Origin: Candidatus Eiseniibacteriota bacterium
Lineage (GTDB): Bacteria; Eisenbacteria; RBG-16-71-46
NCBI GenBank assembly: GCA_963717935.1
Contig: CAVQXP010000002.1
Coordinates: forward strand, 1 to 64,000
Reading direction: 5' to 3'
Length of the DNA: 64,000 nt
Both the position numbers and the translations under genes were made by a program. Numbering within the stretch: the first letter of the stretch is position 1; each line of letters begins with the position of its first letter. Below the pieces are notes generated by a model that was not told the DNA's origin, did no database searches, and saw only the letters and a list, made by a program, of their open reading frames with translations. Shown one piece after another: positions 8,819 through 18,603 of the stretch.

Positions 8819-10402
8819 TCAGACGCCGATGCCCGGCATGCGCGGCATGGTGATGCGCTCGGACGTGGTCTTGCCCTGCGTGAAGTTCATGAGGTAGTCG
8901 GGGCCGCCGGCCTTCGAGTCGGTGCCCGAGAGGTTGAACCCGCCGAAGGGGTGCACGCCCACGAGCGCGCCGGTGCAGCCGCGGTTCAGATAGAGATTGC
9001 CGCAGTGGAACTCGTGCTTCGCGCGGTCGATCCGCTCGATGCTGGTCGAGTAGACCGCGCCGGTCAACCCGTAGCGCGTGTCGTTGGCGATGTCCAGCGC
9101 CTGGTCGAAGCTCGTGGCCTCGATGACGGCCAGCACCGGCCCGAAGATCTCCTCCTGGCCGAGGAACGAGCGCGACGTCACCTGGTCGAAGATCGTGGGC
9201 GCGAGGTAGTGGCCCGGGCGGTCGAGCGCGTTCCCGCCCAGCAGCAGCCGGGCCTCCGCCTTGCCCCGTTCGATGGCCTTGAGGATGCCGGCGTGCGCCC
9301 TGGCGTTCGCCACCGGCCCGGTGAAGACGCAGGGGCCGTCCCACGGGAGCCCGGCGGGCAGCGGCTTCGTCTTCTCGAGGATCGACGCGACCAGGCGGTC
9401 CTTCACGGCCGCGTGGACGATGAGGCGCGAGCAGGCCGAACACTTCTGTCCCTGGAAGCCGAAGGCCGAGCGCACCACGTCGCTCGCGGCCGCGTCCAGG
9501 TCGGCGGTCTCGTCCACGACGATGGCGTCCTTGCCGCCCATCTCCAGGACGAAGCGGGTCATCCACCGGCGCCCGGGCTCGGGCTTCGAGGCGATCTCGT
9601 TGATGCGCAGGCCCACGTCGGCCGAGCCGGTGAAGGAGACGAAGCGGACCTCGGGGTGCGTGACCAGGTAGTCGCCGACTTCGCCGCCGGGGCCGGGCAG
9701 CAGGTTGATGACGCCGTCGGGCACGCCCGCCTCGCGCGCCAGCGCCACGAAGCGCGCGGCGATCACCGGCGTGTCGGAGGAGGGCTTCAGGAGCACGGCG
9801 TTGCCGCTCACCACGGCGGCCATGGTCATGCCGGCCAGGATCGCCAGCGGGAAGTTCCACGGCGCGATCACCGCGCCGACGCCCAGCGGGATGTAGTAGA
9901 AGCAGTTGTCCTCGGTCGGGATCCGGGTGAGCGGCTGGTACTGGAAGTGCTTGAGCGCCAGCCGCGCGTAGTACTCGCAGAAGTCGATGGCCTCGGTGAT
10001 CTCGGCGTCGGCCTCGTACCAGTCCTTGCCGATCTCGTACGAGAGCAGCGCCAGGAAGTCGAACCGGTCGCGGCGGATGAGCGCGGCCAGCTTCATCAGC
10101 GTCTCGGCGCGGATCTCCGGGTCGGTGCGCGCCCAGGACGCGAAGGCCTTCCGCGCCTCGGCGATGGCCTCGTCCACGTGGGCGCGCGTGCAGCTGGCGG
10201 CCCGGCCGACCACGCGGTCGGGCAGGGCGGGGCAGAGCGAGACGATGCTCTTCGCGGTCTCGACGCTGCGGCCGCCGATGAGGGCGGGGTGGTAGCCGTC
10301 GAGCCCGCCCTCGAGCGCCCGGATGGCCCGCTCGGCCGCCTTGACGTTCGCGTCCAGCGAGTAGTCGCAGATGGGCTCGTTCTTGAAGCGCGTGCAGATC
10401 AT
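8819..10402 (-). CDS. pruA: L-glutamate gamma-semialdehyde (P5C) dehydrogenase, PruA/RocA type
   Basis: FKNEP start, EAIDFCEYYA, PWNFPLAI, FTGS, EMGGKDAI, FQGQKCSACSR, QEEIFGPV, SGTDSKAGGPDYL; GGAGG RBS. Confidence 0.93.
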   Translation of the reverse strand: MICTRFKNEPICDYSLDANVKAAERAIRALEGGLDGYHPALIGGRSVETAKSIVSLCPALPDRVVGRAASCTRAHVDEAIAEARKAFASWARTDPEIRAETLMKLAALIRRDRFDFLALLSYEIGKDWYEADAEITEAIDFCEYYARLALKHFQYQPLTRIPTEDNCFYYIPLGVGAVIAPWNFPLAILAGMTMAAVVSGNAVLLKPSSDTPVIAARFVALAREAGVPDGVINLLPGPGGEVGDYLVTHPEVRFVSFTGSADVGLRINEIASKPEPGRRWMTRFVLEMGGKDAIVVDETADLDAAASDVVRSAFGFQGQKCSACSRLIVHAAVKDRLVASILEKTKPLPAGLPWDGPCVFTGPVANARAHAGILKAIERGKAEARLLLGGNALDRPGHYLAPTIFDQVTSRSFLGQEEIFGPVLAVIEATSFDQALDIANDTRYGLTGAVYSTSIERIDRAKHEFHCGNLYLNRGCTGALVGVHPFGGFNLSGTDSKAGGPDYLMNFTQGKTTSERITMPRMPGIGV

Positions 10403-10547
10403 CCTGGGCCTCCCGTGGGAATGACGCGGCCATTCTATCCCACGCCGCATCCGTCTGGCACCCCGCCGCGCGCCCTGAAAACCCGCGTGGGTTGTGGCAT
10501 ACTCCCCGCCGCGAACATCGGCTCACCCTGGAGTGCGCGGAGACGAC

Positions 10548-11330
10548 ATGGAGCCCATGGAACTCAAGGAGATGAAGGCGGCCCACCGGGTCCTGGCCGC
10601 GCTCGACTACCCGCCGGGCGAGGTCGAGCGCGGCTACGCGAACCGGACGCTGCACGTGGACCTGGGCGCGAACACGATCGAGGCCCGGCCGGTCACGCAG
10701 TACATGAAGGACTTCTTCACCGGGGGCAAGGGGTTCGACCTCTACCTGATGTGGAAGTCCGTCCCCGGCCCGATCCCCTGGGACGACCCGCGCAACGGGC
10801 TCTACTTCTCCGCGGGGCCGCTGGCCGGAACGCCGTATTTCTCGGGCTCGGGCAAGTGCCTGGTCACCGGCATCTCGCCGCTCACCAGCTCCGTCATGGA
10901 CTGCAACGTCGGCGGGCACTTCGGGCCGCTGCTCAAGTTCGCCGGCTTCGACGCCCTCGAGGTGCGCGGCAAGGCCTCCGAGTTCGTGATGCTGGTCATC
11001 GACGGGGACGCGCACCGCGTCACGCTCGAGACCGCGCCGCACGAGGCGCTCGACTCCTACGACGTCGCCAGCCAGCTGCACCGCATGTACGCCCGCACGC
11101 CCGCCGAGCTGCAGGACATCTCGGTCGTGTCGGCGGGCCGGGGGGCGCTCCACACGCTGATCGGCTGCATCAACATCTCGTTCTACGACTGGAAGCGCCA
11201 CGAGCCGCGCCTCAAGCAGGCCGGCCGCGGCGGACTGGGCAGCGTGATGATGAACAAGCAGCTCAAGGCGATCGTGGCCCGGACGGCGAAGAACCGTCCG
11301 CGCTGGGCGATGTCGGTGGAGGCGCCATGA
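10548..11330 (+). CDS. Stand-alone aldehyde:ferredoxin oxidoreductase N-terminal domain (WorS-like)
   Basis: GYANRTLHVDLG, TGGKGF, SPLTSSVMDCNVGGHFGPLLKFAGFDAL, AGRGGLGSVMMNKQLKAI. Confidence 0.9.
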   Translation: MEPMELKEMKAAHRVLAALDYPPGEVERGYANRTLHVDLGANTIEARPVTQYMKDFFTGGKGFDLYLMWKSVPGPIPWDDPRNGLYFSAGPLAGTPYFSGSGKCLVTGISPLTSSVMDCNVGGHFGPLLKFAGFDALEVRGKASEFVMLVIDGDAHRVTLETAPHEALDSYDVASQLHRMYARTPAELQDISVVSAGRGALHTLIGCINISFYDWKRHEPRLKQAGRGGLGSVMMNKQLKAIVARTAKNRPRWAMSVEAP

Positions 11331-11878
11331 GCCCCGGGGGGAATGGCTCCATGCCGACGGTGATCGTTCCGGACGTGCTCGGGGTGGACGCCATCGTGGA
11401 CCGCTGGGGCGCGGATCCCGAGTTCGCCGTCGAGATGCTGCAGGACGTCCAGAAGCACTACCGCCACCTGCCGAAGGCCGCGCTCGAGCGCATCGCCGAG
11501 CGCACGCACGCCGACCTGGCGCGGCTCTACCACATCGCCACCTTCTTCAAGGCGTTCTCGCTGACGCCGCGCGGCGAGACCACGATCCAGGTCTGCACCG
11601 GCACCGCCTGCCACGTGCAGGGCGCGGCGCGGGTGCTCGACGCCTTCGGCCGCGAGCTGGGCGTGAAGCCGGGCGAGACCACCGCGGACCAGAAGTACAG
11701 CCTCGAGGGCGTGCGCTGCCTGGGCTGCTGCGGGCTGGCGCCGGTGGTGACCTTCGGAGCGGAGCTGGTCGGCGGGGTGGACTCCTCCAAGGTCGGCAAG
11801 CTGATGCGCCGGCACCGCAAGACCGGCTCCGTGGTCGCGCGGCAGGCGAGCGCCGCGGCGGAGGACGCCGATGCCTAG
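11327..11878 (+). CDS. NuoE/HydC(BfuC)-like [2Fe-2S] subunit
   Basis: ATGA overlap; IATFFKAFSLTPRG, CTGTACHVQGA and VRCLGCCGLAP motifs. Confidence 0.92.
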   Translation: MSPGGNGSMPTVIVPDVLGVDAIVDRWGADPEFAVEMLQDVQKHYRHLPKAALERIAERTHADLARLYHIATFFKAFSLTPRGETTIQVCTGTACHVQGAARVLDAFGRELGVKPGETTADQKYSLEGVRCLGCCGLAPVVTFGAELVGGVDSSKVGKLMRRHRKTGSVVARQASAAAEDADA

Positions 11879-13755
11879 GGTGACCCTCGAGAACCTCGAC
11901 ACCCTGGCGCGCGAGGCCCAGCGGCGCCACGCGGGCTGGAAGTCCATGCTCATGGTCTGCGCCGGCACGGGCTGCGTCTCGGCCAAGTCGCTGCCCCTGC
12001 GCGATGCCTTCCGCCAGGAGCTCGAGCGCCGCGGCCTGCAGGACGAGATCAAGGTCGTGGCCACGGGCTGCAACGGCTTCTGCGCCCACGGGCCGATCTG
12101 CGTGGTCCAGCCCGAGGGCGTGTTCTACGAGCGCCTCAAGGCCGAGGCCGTGCCCGAGCTGATCGAGTCGCACTTCGTGAGGAAGCAGCCGCTCGAGGAC
12201 TTCCTCTACCGCTCGAGCGGCGGCGAGAAGACGGTCCCGCTCGAGAAGGACATCGAGTTCTTCGCCAAGCAGCAGTGCATCGCGCTGCGCAACCGGGGCC
12301 GGATCGACCCCGAGGACATCACGGACGCGATCCGCACCGGCGCGTACCAGGCGCTCGCGAAGATCCTGCGCGAGGGGCTCGACGGCGACACGCTCGTCCA
12401 GCGACTGGTCCGCTCGGGGCTGCGCGGGCGCGGCGGCGGCGGTTTCCCCGCCGGCGTCAAGTGGAAGTCCTGCCTCGAGGCCGCGCGCGCGCAGGACGTG
12501 CGCCCCTTCATCGTCTGCAACGGCGACGAGGGCGACCCGGGCGCCTTCATGGACCGCAGCATCGTCGAGGCCGACCCGCACGCCGTGATCGAGGGCATGC
12601 TGATCGGCGCGCGGGCGCTCGGCGCCACCGAGGGCTTCGTCTACATCCGCCACGAGTATCCCGCTGGCGCTGCAGCGTCTCATCCGGGCGCTCCAGCAGG
12701 CCCGCGAGTGGGGCCTGCTGGGCAAGGACATCCTGGGCACGGGGATGGAGTTCGACATCACCATCCACCGCGGCGCCGGCGCCTTCGTCTGCGGCGAGTC
12801 CACCGCGCTCATGGCCTCCATGGCGGGCCGCGCCGGCGAGCCCCGGGCGAAGTACGTGCACACGGTCGAGCACGGCTTCCGCGACCTGCCGACGGTGCTC
12901 AACAACGTCGAGACCTGGGCCAACATCCCGCAGATCGTCCTGAACGGTCCCGAGTGGTTCGCCGCGATCGGCACCGGCGACGTCTCGAAGTCGCCCTGGG
13001 GCGGCAGCAGCGGCACCAAGGTCTTCTCGCTGGTCGGCAACATCCGCAACTCGGGTCTGGTCGAGGTGCCGATGGGCATCACGCTGCGCGAGATCGTCTT
13101 CGACATCGGCGGCGGCATCCCGGACGGCAGGAAGTTCAAGGCCGTGCAGACCGGCGGCCCCTCGGGCGGCTGCCTGCCCGAGTCGAAGCTCGACCTGGCG
13201 GTGGACTTCGACACGCTGGTCGAGGCCGGCTCCATGATGGGCTCGGGCGGCATGATCGTGATGGACGACCGCACCTGCATGGTGGACGTGGCGCGCTACT
13301 TCGTGGACTTCCTCTGCGACGAGTCCTGCGGCAAGTGCACCCCGTGCCGCGAGGGCCTGGTGAACCTGCGGGGCGTGCTGACGCGCATCACGGCGGGGGA
13401 GGGCCGCGAGGGCGACCTCGAGCTGCTCGAGGACCTGGGCGCGGTGCTCGCCGACGGCTCGCTCTGCGGCCTGGGGCAGACCGCGGCGAACCCGGTGCTC
13501 TCGACCCTGCGCTACTTCCGCGCCGAGTACGAGGCCCACATCCGCGAGCGGCGCTGCCCCGCGGGGGTCTGCAAGGCGCTCATCCGCTACACCATCACCG
13601 AGGAGTGCACGGGCTGCACCGCCTGCGTGAAGATCTGCCCGACCGACGCGATCACCGGCGAGCGCCGCAAGCTCCACACGATCGCCCAGGACAAGTGCAT
13701 CCAGTGCGGCACCTGCATGGACGTCTGCAAGGACGGCGCGGTGCTGGTCCGATGA
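11871..13755 (+). CDS. NuoF/HydB(BfuB)-like FMN/NAD-binding Fe-S subunit, interrupted by one extra C at 12660-12662
   Basis: N-terminal thioredoxin-like ferredoxin (CAGTGC...GCNGFC), [25 protein letters not shown], then in the next frame [29 protein letters not shown] and 2x[4Fe-4S]. Removing one C gives HEYPLALQRL and a 627-aa protein. Confidence 0.9.
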
Positions 13756-15761
13756 GCGGCGAAAGGAAACCCGAGATGATCCAGGTCACGATCGACGGCA
13801 GGAAGACCGAGGTCGCGCCGGGGACCACGATCCTCGCGGCCGCGAAGCAGGCCGGGGTCGCCATCCCGGCGCTCTGCCACAGCCCGCTGGTCGAGGCCTA
13901 CGGCGTCTGCCGCGTCTGCAGCGTCGAGGTGGACGACGGCCGCCGCAAGCGCATCGTCACCGCCTGCAACTACCCGCTCCAGAAGCCCGTCGCGGTCTCC
14001 ACCCGCAGCGCGCGCGTCCTGCGCACCCGCCGGCTGGTGCTCGAGATGATGCTGGCGCGCTGGCCCCAGGTGAAGGTCGTGCAGGACCTGGCGCGCGAGG
14101 CCGGCGTCGCCGAGCCGCGCTTCGCCCACCCGCAACGCAACGAGAACCCGCACGCCTGCATCCTGTGCGGTCTCTGCGTGCGCCTCTGCGACGAGGGCGT
14201 CTGGCACCACGTGCTGGCCTTCGAGGGCCGCGGGGAGTCGCGCCGGGTGACCATGCCCTACGACGAGACGTCGGCGATCTGCGTGGGCTGCATGGCCTGC
14301 GCCAGCGTCTGCCCGACCGGGGCGATCCGCTTCACGGAGGACCCGAACCACCCCGTGGACGCCGACCGCATCCGCCGCGCCGGCGCCGAGCTGACGCGCG
14401 AGGTGCTGGTGCTGGACAAGCACCAGTGCCACATGCGCGAGATCGGCACGGCGCACCTGACGGAGATCATGGACGACTACGACCTGCTGCCGGTCTACAA
14501 CTACCGTTACGGGAAGCACGTGGACACGCCGCGGATCGCCTCGGACAAGTTCAAGGCGCTCTTCACCCAGAACGTGGCCGACGGCTGCGCGCTGGGTTGC
14601 GACATGGCCTGCGCCAAGGCGGTGGACGGCCACGTGCTGCGCACCGGGCCGGACCGGGGCAAGAGCGTCCTCGTCGACGGGCCCGAGTACGAGACCGTCT
14701 CGTGCGCCGGCAGCAACCTCGGCATCTTCGAGCCCTGGGCCATCATCGAGATCAACTACTACTGCGACCACTACGGCCTGGACACGATCTCCTTCGGCAC
14801 GCTGATGGCCTTCGTCATGGAATGCTACGAGGCCGGCGTGCTGAACCGGGAGCGCACCGGCGGGCTCGACCTCTCGCCGGGGAGCATCGAGGGCACGCTC
14901 GAGGTGCTGCACCAGATGGCGCGCGGCGAGGGCTTCGGCCTGATCGCGGGCCAGGGCGTGCGGCGCATGAAGAAGATCTTCGCCGAGCGCTTCGGCGCCG
15001 ACCCCGCGTTCCTGCAGGACATCGGCATGGAGGCCAAGGGGCTCGAGTACTCCGGCTACATCTGCAAGGAGTCGCTCGCCCAGCAGGGCGGCTACGGCAT
15101 CGCCCTCAAGGGCCCGCAGCACGACGAGGCCTGGCTCATCTTCATGGACATGGTCAACAAGCAGATCCCCAGCTTCGAGGACAAGGCCGAGGCGCTGCAC
15201 TACTTCCCGATGTGGCGCACCTGGTTCGGCCTGAACGGGCTGTGCAAGCTGCTCTGGAACGACGTCGAGCCCGAGGACAACGCCGAATCCGGCGCCCCGG
15301 CCAAGGTGCCGGGACACGTGCGCGGCTACTGCGAGTTCGTCGCCGGGATGACGGGCCGGGAGGTGAAGCCCGAGGACCTCATCCTGCAGAGCGAGCGCGT
15401 CTACAACTTCCAGCGCCTCTTCAACCTCAAGATGGGCTTCGGCCGCCGAGCGCACGATGCGATCCCCTACCGCGCCAAGGGCCCGGTCACGGCCGCCGAG
15501 TACGAGTCGCGCCAGGAGCGCTACGACAAGCAGCTCAAGGAGGAGGCCGGGGTCGACCCCGCGCCGCTGACGCTCGACGAGCGGCGCGCGGCGCTGCGCA
15601 GCTACCGCGAGGACCGCTACCAGAAGCTGTGCGACGCCGTCTACAAGCGGCGCGGCTGGACGAGCGACGGCATCCCCACGCTGGCCAAGGTGCGCGCGCT
15701 CGGCATCGACAAGGTCGAGGGGGTCGTCGAACTCCTGCGGGCGAACGGCGTCACGGAGTAG
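13752..15761 (+). CDS. Fusion of NuoG/HydA-N(BfuA)-like Fe-S domain with aldehyde oxidoreductase C-terminal tungstopterin domains
   Basis: ATGA overlap; IPALC...CRVC...TAC [2Fe-2S], [23 protein letters not shown], then AOR motifs [37 protein letters not shown]...GIPT. Confidence 0.88.
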   Translation: MSGERKPEMIQVTIDGRKTEVAPGTTILAAAKQAGVAIPALCHSPLVEAYGVCRVCSVEVDDGRRKRIVTACNYPLQKPVAVSTRSARVLRTRRLVLEMMLARWPQVKVVQDLAREAGVAEPRFAHPQRNENPHACILCGLCVRLCDEGVWHHVLAFEGRGESRRVTMPYDETSAICVGCMACASVCPTGAIRFTEDPNHPVDADRIRRAGAELTREVLVLDKHQCHMREIGTAHLTEIMDDYDLLPVYNYRYGKHVDTPRIASDKFKALFTQNVADGCALGCDMACAKAVDGHVLRTGPDRGKSVLVDGPEYETVSCAGSNLGIFEPWAIIEINYYCDHYGLDTISFGTLMAFVMECYEAGVLNRERTGGLDLSPGSIEGTLEVLHQMARGEGFGLIAGQGVRRMKKIFAERFGADPAFLQDIGMEAKGLEYSGYICKESLAQQGGYGIALKGPQHDEAWLIFMDMVNKQIPSFEDKAEALHYFPMWRTWFGLNGLCKLLWNDVEPEDNAESGAPAKVPGHVRGYCEFVAGMTGREVKPEDLILQSERVYNFQRLFNLKMGFGRRAHDAIPYRAKGPVTAAEYESRQERYDKQLKEEAGVDPAPLTLDERRAALRSYREDRYQKLCDAVYKRRGWTSDGIPTLAKVRALGIDKVEGVVELLRANGVTE

Positions 15762-15763
15762 CG

Positions 15764-15964
15764 ATGGCACTCACGGTCAATGGCGACCCGCATCCCTGCC
15801 GCGAGGGCCTCACCGTCGAGGACCTGCTGCGGGAGAAGACCTACACGTTCCCGCTGCGGGTCATCCTGGTGAACCAGCAGGTCGTCAGGCGGGAGCAGAT
15901 CCCCACCACCGTGCTCCACGACGGCGACGTCGTGGAGGTCATCCACCTGATCGGCGGCGGCTAG
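15764..15964 (+). CDS. ThiS/MoaD-family sulfur carrier protein
   Basis: 66 aa, MALTVNG...LHDGDVVEVIHLIGGG with C-terminal GG. Confidence 0.9.
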   Translation: MALTVNGDPHPCREGLTVEDLLREKTYTFPLRVILVNQQVVRREQIPTTVLHDGDVVEVIHLIGGG

Positions 15965-16006
15965 CCGGCGACCGGGTCGCCGGCCCCGCTGCGGGGGGAA
16001 TCGCGC

Positions 16007-16838
16007 ATGGCCAGGCTTCGCCGCCTCGTCCCGTTCCTCGCGGCACTCGCGTGTCTCGCCCTGCCGGGCGCGGCCGCCTCGCGCGAAGCCCCCGGTCCTC
16101 ACGCTGGTCCTCGCGACCACGACCAGCACGCAGGACACCGGTCTGCTGGACGTGCTGCTGCCCGCCTTCGAGAAGCAGACGCGCATCCGGGTCAAGGCGA
16201 TCGCCGTGGGCTCGGGCGAAGCGCTCGCCATGGGCCGCCGCGGCGACGCCGACGTGCTGCTCGTCCACTCGCCGGCCGCCGAGGACGTGTTCATGGCCGA
16301 GGGTCACGGAGCGGCGCGCTTCGACGTCATGCACAACGACTTCGTGCTGGTGGGCCCGGCCGCCGACCCGGCGCGCGTCCGCGGCGCGGACGCGGTCGAG
16401 GCCTTCCAGCGCATCGCCGCGGCGGCCGCGCCGTTCGTCTCGCGCGGCGACCGGTCCGGCACGCACGTGAAGGAGCAGGGTCTCTGGAAGAAGGCGGGCG
16501 TGGAGCCGGAGGGGCAGGCCTGGTACGTCTCGGCCGGGCAGGGCATGGGCGCGACCGCGCGGATCGCCTCCGAGAAGCGGGCCTACGCGCTCATCGACCG
16601 CGGCACCTGGCTGGCGCTGTCCACGGGTCTCGACCTGCCGGTGCTCTGCGAGGGCGGAGCGGACCTGCTGAACAGCTACCGCGTCATCGTCGTGGATCCC
16701 GCGAAGCACCCGCAGGCCCACGTGCTCGAGGCCTGGGCGTTCGCGAAGTGGCTCGTCTCGCCGGCCACCCAGAAGCGGATCGGCCGCTTCGGCATCGCGA
16801 AGCACGGCCGCCCGCTCTTCGTCCCCGACGCGAAGTGA
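16007..16838 (+). CDS. tupA: Tungstate ABC transporter substrate-binding protein; +1 frameshift in the C5 run at 16089-16093
   Basis: The signal peptide is in one frame and LATTTSTQDTGLLD (TTTS tungstate motif), FVSRGDRSGTH, GQGMG are in the next. Deleting one C joins them as AAASREAPVLTLVLATTTS (276 aa). Confidence 0.88.
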
Positions 16839-17518
16839 GCGGGCTCGGCCAGGCGCTGCAGTCGGTCCTCGCGATGCGGCAGGAGCTCGCGGGGATCCTC
16901 GGGCTCTCGCTGCTGGTCTCCGGCGTGGCCGTCGTCGTGGCCATGCTGCTCGGCGTGCCGGCGGGGATCTACCTCGGCCTGCGCCGCTTCCCCGGACGGC
17001 AGCTCCTGGTCACGCTGGTCAACACCGGCATGGGCCTGCCGCCCGTGGTGGTCGGGCTGGTGGTGTTCCTGCTGCTGGCGCGCGCGGGCCCCTTCGGCGC
17101 GCTCGAGCTGCTCTACACGCCGTGGGCCATGATCGTCGCCCAGGTCATCATCGCCACGCCGCTCGTGATCGGCATCACGCTGGCCGCCGTGCAGGGGCTC
17201 GACCCGCGCGTGCACCTGCAGATCCTCTCGCTCGGCGCCTCGGGGCCGCAGCACTATTGGAAGATCGTGCGCGAGGCACGGCTCTCCCTGGTCGCAGCGC
17301 TGGCCGCCGGATTCGGCTCGATCATCTCCGAGGTCGGCGCGGTCATGATGGTGGGCGGCAACATCCGGGGCCAGACCCGCGTCATGACCACGGCCATCGT
17401 GCTCGAGACCCGGCAGGGGAACTTCGCGCTGGCCGTGGCGCTGGGCGTGCTGCTGCTGGTGCTGGCCGTGCTCTTCAACTGGCTGTTCACCTGGGTCCAG
17501 CAGAGGTCCAAGGCATGA
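16835..17518 (+). CDS. tupB: Tungstate ABC transporter permease
   Basis: GTGA overlap; NTGMGLPPVVVGL, ISEVGAVMMVGGNIRGQTRVMTTAIVLET. Confidence 0.92.
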   Translation: MSGLGQALQSVLAMRQELAGILGLSLLVSGVAVVVAMLLGVPAGIYLGLRRFPGRQLLVTLVNTGMGLPPVVVGLVVFLLLARAGPFGALELLYTPWAMIVAQVIIATPLVIGITLAAVQGLDPRVHLQILSLGASGPQHYWKIVREARLSLVAALAAGFGSIISEVGAVMMVGGNIRGQTRVMTTAIVLETRQGNFALAVALGVLLLVLAVLFNWLFTWVQQRSKA

Positions 17519-18603
17519 GCCTGCTGTCGCTGACGGACGTCGTGGTCCGGGCCGGGGGCCGGACCCTGCTCGACCTGCCGCGGCTCGAGGTCCGCGAGGG
17601 CGAGATCCTCGTCGTGCTCGGGCCCACGGGCGCCGGGAAGAGCACGCTGCTCCGGGTCATGGGCTGCCTGCAGCGCGCGGATGGCGGGAGCCTCGCCTGG
17701 CGCGGGGAGCCGGTCGCCTGGCCGCCGTCGCTGGCGCTGCGGCGGCGCATGGCGATGGTGTTCCAGGCGCCGCTGCTCTTCTCGGGGACGGTCTTCGACA
17801 ACGTCGCCTACGGCCTGCGCCTGCGCGGCGAGCGGGGCGACGCGCTGCGCGGGAAGGTCGAGGCCGGGCTCACGCAGTTCCACATCGCGCAGCTCGCCGG
17901 GCAGCGCGCCGCCACGCTCTCGGGCGGGGAGGCCCAGCGCGCGGCGCTGGCGCGCGCGGTCGTGCTCGAGCCCGAGCTGCTCCTGCTGGACGAGCCGCTG
18001 GTGGCGCTCGACGCCCCCATCCGCGAGCGGCTGCGCGACGAGTTGCGGCAGGTGATCCGCGCGCGCGGGATGAGCTGCGTCTACGTGACCCACGAGCTGC
18101 CCGAAGCGTTCACGCTCGCCGACCGGATCGCGGTGCTCGCGGCGGGCCGGCTCCTGCAATCCGGGAGGCCGGAGGAGGTCTTCTACGCGCCGAACCAGCG
18201 CGCCGTCGCCGAGTTCCTGCGCGCCGGCAACCTGCTGTCCGCCGAGGTGGTCTCGCTGTCCGGCGGCCTCGCGACGGTGCGCATCGCCGGGCGGACCCTG
18301 ACCGCCGCCTCGGCGCTCGCAGCCGGGAGCCGGGTGCTGGCCTGCATCCATCCCGAGGAGGTGCAGGTCGCCCTGGCGCCGGCCGGCACCGGGGAGTGGC
18401 ACGAGGCGACGGTGGTCGCCGTCACCGACCGCGGCCCGACGCTGCGGGTGGACCTCGATTGCGGCTTCCCGCTGCGCGCGCTCGTGACCCGGCGGGCCGC
18501 GCGGGAGATGGCGCTGGGGCCCGGCGTGCGGGTCGCGGTCGCGCTCGCGTCCGGGTCGGTCCACTTGATTCCCGGGGACGGTGCGGAGAACATGGCGCCA
18601 TGA
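17515..18603 (+). CDS. tupC: Tungstate ABC transporter ATPase with TOBE domains
   Basis: GPTGAGKST, LSGGEAQR, LLLDEP; C-terminal TOBE-like region. Confidence 0.88.
   Translation: MSLLSLTDVVVRAGGRTLLDLPRLEVREGEILVVLGPTGAGKSTLLRVMGCLQRADGGSLAWRGEPVAWPPSLALRRRMAMVFQAPLLFSGTVFDNVAYGLRLRGERGDALRGKVEAGLTQFHIAQLAGQRAATLSGGEAQRAALARAVVLEPELLLLDEPLVALDAPIRERLRDELRQVIRARGMSCVYVTHELPEAFTLADRIAVLAAGRLLQSGRPEEVFYAPNQRAVAEFLRAGNLLSAEVVSLSGGLATVRIAGRTLTAASALAAGSRVLACIHPEEVQVALAPAGTGEWHEATVVAVTDRGPTLRVDLDCGFPLRALVTRRAAREMALGPGVRVAVALASGSVHLIPGDGAENMAP

Noticed and set aside
11871..15761. 1296-aa ORF suggesting a giant NuoF-NuoG-AOR fusion
   Set aside because: The middle third is off-frame Arg/Gly-rich text caused by the extra C at ~12661. 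The real NuoF-like gene ends at 13755 and the next starts at 13752.
16007..17518. 503-aa ORF joining a signal peptide to the permease
   Set aside because: Artefact of the tupA frameshift; tupB has its own GTG at 16835.
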